DNA of 64,000 nucleotides from Eledone cirrhosa (Eukaryota): NCBI GenBank assembly GCA_964016885.1, contig OZ024766.1, positions 4,898,001 to 4,962,000 of the forward strand, read 5' to 3'. Shown piece by piece: positions 55,790 to 64,000 of this stretch (position 1 is its first letter; each line of letters starts with the position of its first letter). The notes under the pieces were generated by a model. It saw only the letters and a program-made list of their open reading frames with translations, ran no database searches and was not told where the DNA came from. The position numbers and the translations under genes were made by a program.

Positions 55790-56165
55790 ATAATAAAATA
55801 GGCCTGACCTGGTGGTTTTGGACAAGGAAAAAAGATTGTGCCTGATTGTAGATGTGGCCTGACCCTTTTACACGAGAGTGCAAGAAAATTAACCGATACC
55901 AGGACTTAAAGTGGGAGTTAAAAAGGATTTGGGACTGCCATGAAATCAAGGTGTTCCCGATTGTCACAGGAGCACTAGGTACTATCTCAAAGTGTTTCCA
56001 AGAATGGTTAAAGAAGATTAGTCCAATTCCCGCTTTTTGGAACACTTCAAAAGGCATGCTTGCTGGGAACAGCAACAACCCTGTGAAACGTCCTGAATAT
56101 CTGAGGCTGCAGGTAGCGACTTGATATTCATTTCAACAAACTTTCCAGTTAAATAACATCAATGA
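55790..56165 (+). mobile_element. Degenerate restriction-like-endonuclease (R4/NeSL-type) non-LTR element 3' fragment
   Basis: RPDLVVLDK...IVDVA and K...Y.DL..EL.RIW....V.PIV.GALG motifs, with frameshifts and a stop. Confidence 0.65.
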
Positions 56166-56310
56166 CTGAGACTCAAAGAACAATAATAATAATAAAAATA
56201 ATTATAATGTACTATAATTTAGACATTGTTCAGCTTCCAATACATATGTTGACAAGAAAGAGGTTCCCATATATATGTGTGTGTATATATATATATATAT
56301 ACACACATAC

Positions 56311-56373
<63 letters not shown>

Positions 56374-56395
56374 CATATATATATACACATACATA

Positions 56396-56513
<118 letters not shown>

Positions 56514-56647
56514 TATATGTATATACATATATATACATATATATGTATATATATATATATATATATATGTATATACATATATATACATATATATGTATAT
56601 ATATATATATATATACATATATATATGTATATATACATATATATATG

Positions 56648-56778
<131 letters not shown>

Positions 56779-56870
56779 GTATATATATGTATATATATAC
56801 ATAGGGCTGTGTGTTTTTTTCTCTTCTCAACAACAAAATAAGACACCTGCTTCAGTAGATCCATAGACAT

Positions 56871-56902
<32 letters not shown>

Positions 56903-56919
56903 CATATATATATATATAC

Positions 56920-56964
<45 letters not shown>

Positions 56965-57098
56965 CATATATATATACATATATATATATACATATATATA
57001 TATAGATATATATGTATATATATGTACATATATATATATATAGATATATATGTATATATATGTACATATATATATATATAGATATATATGTATATATA

Positions 57099-57152
<54 letters not shown>

Positions 57153-57163
57153 CATATATATAC

Positions 57164-57194
<31 letters not shown>

Positions 57195-57211
57195 CATATA
57201 TATATATGTAC

Positions 57212-57260
<49 letters not shown>

Positions 57261-57310
57261 CATATATATATATGTACATATATATATATATATAACATAT
57301 ATATATATAC

Positions 57311-57359
<49 letters not shown>

Positions 57360-57372
57360 TATATACATATAT

Positions 57373-57424
<52 letters not shown>

Positions 57425-57479
57425 AAATAAATTTGTTGGAAAGCACAAGTGAAGCCATTTTTTCTTCCCCACTGTCTTA

Positions 57480-57517
<38 letters not shown>

Positions 57518-57587
57518 GTACATATACATATATATATATATATATATATGTGTATATATATATATACATATATATATACATATATAC

Positions 57588-57635
<48 letters not shown>

Positions 57636-58039
57636 CTCTATATTTTGCAGATATATTTCTCTTCACGAAAAACCGAGAATCAATGATTGTTACGGTAAAG
57701 AAAATAAAAGACATTTTTGCTTTGAAATAAAAATATTTATTGTGGACAAAGCATGGACAAATAACTTGCCATATCTGGACATATTGGACTAGTTTTGTAG
57801 CCCAGTTGTTTAAAACAGGTACACCGCTTCCCTGAGTGTCTGTTGTAAAAAGGGCCGATATCGTGTAGGGCTTTTCTGGCTGTAAAACATGGGCCCCATT
57901 GAAAATACTACCTTTGAAACCCTTGACAGGTGAGGAAAAGTCTATGGAAAAACAATGATGATGATGATGCTGATGATGATGATGTGAACATATATATATA
58001 CATATATATATAAATATGTATATATAAAATTAGTCCTAC

Positions 58040-58093
<54 letters not shown>

Positions 58094-58276
58094 TATGTAT
58101 GTATACATAAATATGTATATGTATATATATATATATACATATATGTATATATATGTATATATATATGTATATATAAGTATGTATATGTATATATATATAT
58201 ACATATATGTATAAATATGTATATATATATGTATATATAAATATATATACATATATGTATATATAAATGTATATAT

Positions 58277-58308
<32 letters not shown>

Positions 58309-58350
58309 CAATATATGAACAAATGGAAACTATATTTATAAGACAAATTT

Positions 58351-58414
58351 ATTTCATTATACATATTTCATGGGTCACCAAAGCAGATTATGGTGCGCTT
58401 TCATCAGATAAAAT
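58351..58414 (-). ncRNA. Minimal type I hammerhead motif
   Basis: Minus strand: ATTTTAT-CTGATGA-AAGCGCACCA..TGGTGACCCAT-GAA-ATATGTAT-A-ATGAAAT. Confidence 0.62.
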
Positions 58415-58489
58415 ATAGAGACTTCGACCGTGAAGGTTGCATTTTTTTCAGGGTATGTCATATTTATTTATAAAACTAATCTATATTAT

Positions 58490-58553
58490 ATTTTATCTGA
58501 TGAAGGCGCACCATAATCTGCTTTGGTGACCCTTGAAATAAGTATCATGAAAT
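58490..58553 (+). ncRNA. Minimal type I hammerhead motif (inverted partner of 58351-58414)
   Basis: ATTTTAT-CTGATGA-AGGCGCACCA..TGGTGACCCTT-GAA-ATAAGTAT-C-ATGAAAT. Confidence 0.62.
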
Positions 58554-58592
58554 AAATATGGTTTTATAAATATACTTTCCATTTGTTAATAT

Positions 58593-58646
<54 letters not shown>

Positions 58647-58986
58647 TATATATATTTATACATATACACACACACACACACATATATATATATATTATAT
58701 ATATGTATATATATATATACACACGCTTGTGAATCTTTAATGGGATTAGATGTCTGGATATTGAATCGATTTTAAGTTTTTATATATATATATATAACTA
58801 TATATGTATATATATATATATATAAATATATATATATATATGTGTGTATATACATATATATATATATATATATATAACTATATATGTATATATATATATA
58901 TATGTGTGTGTGTATATACATATATATATATATATAACTATATATAACTATATATATATACATATATATATATATATACACACATG

Positions 58987-59042
<56 letters not shown>

Positions 59043-59069
59043 CATGTGTGTATATATAGAGGCATACAT

Positions 59070-59147
59070 CAGAAGACTGGCCATTTCTTGCTAACCACGG
59101 AACAGGTTCAGATCCTTCTATTATAGACCAGAGACCCCTAATTCAAG
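59070..59147 (+). other. Candidate non-coding first exon of the CAP gene (start approximate)
   Basis: Unique-sequence island ending in a consensus donor AAG|GTAAGT; the ATG exon has an acceptor 6 nt upstream of its ATG. Confidence 0.4.
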
Positions 59148-59287
59148 GTAAGTACCCAATGTTACCCCTTTGTTACCATATTTCTCATGAAAGACACTGT
59201 CCCCTTTAATTCTGAAATAATTTTGAAAATAATCAAGAATTTAAAAGGATTTAGTAACATAACTGACTTTCTTGTTGTTAAATCAGG

Positions 59288-60556
59288 GTTTGGAACATAA
59301 CTTAACAAAGGTTCTTATATAAAATTATGATGGAAGGTTTCTAGATAAATATAATCACTTTAAAACAAAGTTTTGTATCATAGACCCAGGAGTGTTTGGA
59401 ACATAACTTAACAAAGTTTCTTACATAAAATTATGATGGAAGGTTTCTAGATAAATATAATCACTTTAAAACAAAGTTTTGTATCATAGACCCAGGAGTG
59501 TTTGGAACATAACTTAACAAAGGTTCTTACATAAAATTATGATGGAAGGTTTCTAGATAAATATAATCACTTTAAAACAAAGTTTTGTATCATAGACCCA
59601 GGAGTGTTTGGAACATAACTTAACAAAGGTTCTTACATAAAATTATGATGGAAGGTTTTTAGATAAATATAATCACTTTAAAACAAAGTTTTGTATCATA
59701 AACCCAGGAGTGTTTGGAACATAACTTAACAAAGGTTCTTACATAAAATTATGATGGAAGGTTTCTAGATAAATATAATCACTTTAAAACAAAGTTTTGT
59801 ATCATAGACCCAGGAGTGTTTGGAACATAACTTAACAAAGGTTCTTACATAAAATTATGATGGAAGGTTTCTAGATAAATATAATCACTTTAAAACAAAG
59901 TTTTGTATCATAGACCCAGGAGTGTTTGGAACATAACTTAACAAAGGTTCTTACATAAAATTATGATGGAAGGTTTCTAGATAAATATAATCACTTTAAA
60001 ACAAAGTTTTGTATCATAGACCCAGAGGTGTTTGGAACATAACTTAACAAAGTTTCTTACATAAAATTATGATGGAAGGTTTCTAGATAAATATAATCAC
60101 TTTAAAACAAAGTTTTGTATCATAGACCCAGGAGTGTTTGGAACATAACTTAACAAAGGTTCTTACATAAAATTATGATGGAAGGTTTCTAGATAAATAT
60201 AATCACTTTAAAACAAAGTTTTGTATCATAAACCCAGGAGTGTTTGGAACATAACTTAACAAAGGTTCTTACATAAAATTATGATGGAAGGTTTCTAGAT
60301 AAATATAATCACTTTAAAACAAAGTTTTGTATCATAGACCCAGGAGTGTTTGGAACATAACTTAACAAAGGTTCTTACATAAAATTATGATGGAAGGTTT
60401 TTAGATAAATATAATCACTTTAAAACAAAGTTTTGTATCATAAACCCAGGAGTGTTTGGAACATAACTTAACAAAGGTTCTTACATAAAATTATGATGGA
60501 AGGTTTCTAGATAAATATAATCACTTTAAAACAAAGTTTTGTATCATAGACCCAGA
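59288..60556. repeat. 106-bp tandem repeat, about 12 copies, just upstream of the CAP ATG exon
   Basis: TGGAACATAACTTAACAAAGG recurs at 59291, 59397 and onward. Confidence 0.95.
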
Positions 60557-60725
60557 GTTCAATCACAAAAGAAGTAAAGGGATTTTGTTCAGACCAACAA
60601 GGGACTTTGTTTAGACCAACAAAGGACTTTGTTCAGACCAACCTTTGCTAAAAGGGATTGCAGGCGTTAAAATAATTTGAACTTTGATTCTCAGGAATTT
60701 GATCTTTCTATTTATTGTCTCTCTC

Positions 60726-60760
<35 letters not shown>

Positions 60761-60789
60761 CAATGACATTACATATATTTCAGCAAAAG

Positions 60790-60936
60790 ATGTCCACTTT
60801 ACTCTCTGTGCTTCTCCTGGCCATGTTGTCTTTGACAGCAGCAGACATCTTGAAAGCAGAAAAGTTGCAACATTTTGCCCTCAATTTCCACAACAATCTC
60901 AGGAAAAATGAAGGAGCTGCTGACATGATACAGCTG
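60790..60936 (+). CDS. Secreted CAP/SCP (CRISP/PI16/GLIPR-like) protein, coding exon 1 with signal peptide (MSTLLSVLLLAMLSLTAA-DILK...HNNLRKNEGAADMIQL)
   Basis: Hydrophobic signal peptide and CAP motif HN..R.....A.DM..L; acceptor TTTCAG at 60783 and donor CTG|GTAATG; 147 nt. Confidence 0.9.
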
Positions 60937-61044
60937 GTAATGTTGTTGTTGTTGTTGTTATTCTCTCTCTCTCTCTCTCTCTCTCTCAATGGACCTGTTA
61001 TTCCAACCCGCCCGTCCCCTCAATCTATGTTATTTCCCATTCTT

Positions 61045-61080
61045 TCTTCTGATGAAGGACCAGCATCCGAAACGTTAAGA
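61045..61080 (+). ncRNA. Very compact type I hammerhead motif (CAP intron 1, sense)
   Basis: TCTT-CTGATGA-A-GGA(ccagca)TCC-GAA-ACGT-T-AAGA; stem III reduced to the palindrome ACGT. Confidence 0.75.
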
Positions 61081-61196
61081 CCCTCTTCCTGCTATATCAA
61101 GTGTTAACCTAATATATACCTTCCATATACTGTACTGATTGTGTTGTTATTTATGTTTACCTTTTACATATATATATATATATATTTATTAAAATA

Positions 61197-61272
61197 ACAG
61201 ATTAAAGTTTAAGCAAAGAATCGCTGCTTTCACCCTTAACGGGATCTTCTGAAACTAACAAAGTCAATCTGT
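61197..61272 (-). ncRNA. Type I hammerhead-like fold with variant core CAGAAGA (U4A)
   Basis: Minus strand: ACAGATTGA..AGTTT-CAGAAGA-TCCC(gttaa)GGGT-GAA-AGCA..TGCT-T-AAACT-TTAATCTGT; 5'-truncated copy at about 43041-43095 (+). Confidence 0.5.
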
Positions 61273-61649
61273 AAACGCAGAAGTGGATATTTCAAAAAAC
61301 GTTGCAACCGGAGGAAGACAGGAAGACGATACTTTGGTTCATGGTGACGTTCGCTGGCAAAGAACGGGAAAAAACGAATAATACGTCATTAATAGGAGCA
61401 CCCGCTCTTTGTGCTCCTGAAGAGGAGGGTTGCACATTTTTTCGGGGGTGTGTGCGACCCATGTCAACGCCCCTCCCTATTGAGAACATCGATTGTTAAA
61501 TTTAATTTGGTATATGTTTTTTACACGTCTTTTTAAATGTATGTAAACTCCCCCCCCCCCCCTTGTATTTGTCCCAATCTTTGATGCCCTGGTGGCAAAT
61601 AAATAGAAATATATATATACATATACACATATAAATTCATCTATTGCAG

Positions 61650-61865
61650 ACCTGGAGTGACCAATTGGCCAAAGAAGCCAATGATTGGGCCGAGAAATGT
61701 CTATTTGAACACCAGATGGCAGGCCGGGGCGAAAACCTTGCATTTGACAGCAACCCTGGGAATATAAAAACTATTGTTAAAGGTGAAATGCAGAGTTGGT
61801 TCGACGAGAAGAAGGATTTTAGCTGGAGTGCTTCCAGCTGTGGCTACAGTTGTCATTATACCCAG
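61650..61865 (+). CDS. CAP/SCP protein coding exon 2 (TWSDQLAKEANDWAEKCLFEH...GENLA...SWFDEKKDF...CHYTQ)
   Basis: CAP motifs W...LA..A..WA..C.F.H, GENL, W.DE and HYTQ; TTGCAG acceptor and CAG|GTAAGT donor; 216 nt. Confidence 0.95.
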
Positions 61866-61894
61866 GTAAGTCTTTCTGTAATTCTAGTTTATAG

Positions 61895-62515
61895 AAATAC
61901 ACCCAGTACACTCTGTAATATGTTAGTCCTAGTGCCATGATAAAATACAACCAGTACACTCTGTAGAGTGGTAGTCCTAGTGCCATGATAAAATACACCC
62001 AGTACACTCTGTAAAGTCGTAGTCCTAGTGCCATGATAAAATACACCCAGTACACTCTGTAATATGTTAGTCCTAGTGCCATGATAAAATACAACCAGTA
62101 CACTCTGTAGAGTGGTAGTCCTAGTGCCATGATAAAATACACCCAGTACACTCTGTAATATGTTAGTCCTAGTGCCATGATAAAATACAACCAGTACACT
62201 CTGTAGAGTGGTAGTCCTAGTGCCATGATAAAATACACCCAGTACACTCTGTAAAGTCGTAGTCCTAGTGCCATGATAAAATACACCCAGTACACTCTGT
62301 AATATGTTAGTCCTAGTGCCATGATAAAATACAACCAGTACACTCTGTAGAGTGGTAGTCCTAGTGCCATGATAAAATACACCCAGTACACTCTGTAAAG
62401 TCGTAGTCCTAGTGCCATGATAAAATACACCCAGTACACTCTGTAATATGTTAGTCCTAGTGCCATGATAAAATACACCCAGTACACTCTGTAAAGTGGT
62501 AGTGTCATGATAAAA
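61895..62515. repeat. 48-bp minisatellite, about 13 copies, in CAP intron 2
   Basis: AAATACACCCAGTACACTCTGTA..AGTCCTAGTGCCATGATA. Confidence 0.95.
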
Positions 62516-63437
62516 TATATTCTTATTAATAATAAATATTTGCATCAGGGATTTCCTGATGATTTCCTCCAAATGAAACAGTTCTAGTCCTGTAGAAGCC
62601 ATTTCTATATTAAATTTGTTTTATACTAATGTATTGCGTACCTTATTTACTGTGGTTAGCACCCCACCCCCCCACCCCCGATTGAACCCGGGACTCACAC
62701 ACACACCATCATCATCATCTTCGTTTAACGTCCATTTTCCACGCTAGCATAGGTTTAGACGGGAATGGTCCCACTTGAGGCTAGGTTGATCGGGTGACCG
62801 TGTCGGGTGACCGTGTCTCGCTCGTATAGGACTGTTTCTGTTCAAGTTAAAGGTAGTATAATAAGTAAGGCAATCAAAGACATGAAGACAGGCAAGGCAG
62901 CTGGGCCCCTTTGGAGATAGTTGCCAACCTTACCCAATTACACCTCTCAAAGGCGATGACACACGACCGTGACCTCTGGCGTCACGCAGTAATACAGAGT
63001 ACCCGACCTCCCATGGGTACAAGCTGAAGCATATAGACAATATGCCCCCACACCCCCCACTGCAAGGTGGTCGTGGAGGTGCCACGGCAAAAAAAGCACC
63101 CAGCCCACACTGTAAAGTGGACGTGTAGGCGCCACAAAAAAGCACCCAGCACTCACTGTAAATGAGGTTGGTGTTAGGAAGGGCATCCAGCTGTAGAAAT
63201 CAAGCCAGAATCAGTTCCTGTATGAGCAAGGCATGGTCAGCCGACCAGACACTGCCCACGACAGGACAACCCGTCTAACCCATGCTAGCGTGGAAGAACG
63301 GATGTAAAACGGTGATGATGATGATGTTGAAAGCATCTGGAATGGTGGGACATACTATGTTCACCCGAGAATAAAGGAAAAAAGAATCAGTGTTACATGT
63401 TTCAAAAGTTCTCTTTTTAATTTCAAACCCCTGACAG

Positions 63438-63553
63438 ATGGTGTGGGCCAAAACCTCACGTGTTGGCTGTGCTGCGAAGAGGTGCCCAGCCTTGAATGCT
63501 TTCGGAAGAAGTGTACCCAATGCCCTTTACTTGGTCTGTTTCTATGATCCAAG
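63438..63553 (+). CDS. CAP/SCP protein coding exon 3 (MVWAKTSRVGCAAKRCPALNAFGRSVPNALYLVCFYDP); gene continues beyond the window
   Basis: Completes the CAP1 motif (HYTQ-MVWA.T..VGC) and the CAP2 motif (LVC.Y.P); GACAG acceptor and AG|GTAAGT donor; 116 nt. Confidence 0.93.
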
Positions 63554-63589
63554 GTAAGTGTACCACTCATACCTTCTCTTGTTTATCTA

Positions 63590-64000
63590 TCCAGGACCTA
63601 TGGACAACTTCCAGGGGGTCTCTGGCCTGGCTGTGCTACCAAGGAGCTCTACCGGTTCGTGACAAGATCTACAGGCACGGACGCCCCGGCAGGGATCCTT
63701 CCAAGAGGACGTGTCCAAGATGCGGGCAGGACATTGAAACACCGTCCTGCACGCAATTGTACACTGCCCGGGTGTAACCCACCTGTCAAACTATGCAGAA
63801 CTGCTGTCGCCAAGCTAACTTTGATATGTAAATTTTTTTTTTGGGGGGGGGGGTGCTGTGTATTCTAATATTTTTTGTATGAGGAGTCCCCCCACCCCTC
63901 CTCCAAAAACCCCCCGAAAGTACCCTGGATCCTCTGTACAGTGGCTATGGTGAAAGAGGTTATATGGTGGACGAGATTGAGAGGACTGAGGACAGATGCC
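63590..64000 (+). mobile_element. L1/Tx1-like LINE fragment (zf-RVT-like region) in a CAP intron
   Basis: LAWLCYQGALPVRDK...CPRCGQDIET and, downstream, AMVKEVIWWTRLRGL. Confidence 0.6.

Overview
Eukaryotic, extremely microsatellite-rich genomic DNA; the repeat content resembles an octopus/coleoid cephalopod, which is an inference. It is not prokaryotic, and almost all long ORFs in the track are simple-repeat artefacts. Two spliced genes can be built with canonical GT-AG junctions and consistent phases. The first is a complete 8-coding-exon FBXO25/FBXO32 (atrogin-1/MAFbx family) F-box gene on the minus strand (CDS 31655->10253, 336 aa). The second is the first three coding exons of a secreted CAP/SCP-domain gene on the plus strand (from 60790, running off the window end). 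Bases 1-5293 are a near-identical second copy of 13430-18535 (FBXO exons 4-7) that ends at a 200-N gap, most likely an uncollapsed haplotype. The rest is LINE 3' fragments (RTE-, CR1-, L1/Tx1- and RLE-type), tRNA-derived SINEs, tiny Tc1/mariner-like MITEs and many minisatellites. The most notable signal is 16 complete type I hammerhead-ribozyme-like motifs (13 distinct loci). Most are minimal, with a palindromic stem III that varies between copies (ATATATAT, ATGCGCAT, ATACGTAT, ACGT). They sit in short non-coding elements embedded in (TA)n tracts, often as inverted pairs or as same-strand pairs about 350 nt apart, which suggests a Penelope-pLTR/retrozyme-like system. Several lie in the sense orientation of the two host transcripts.
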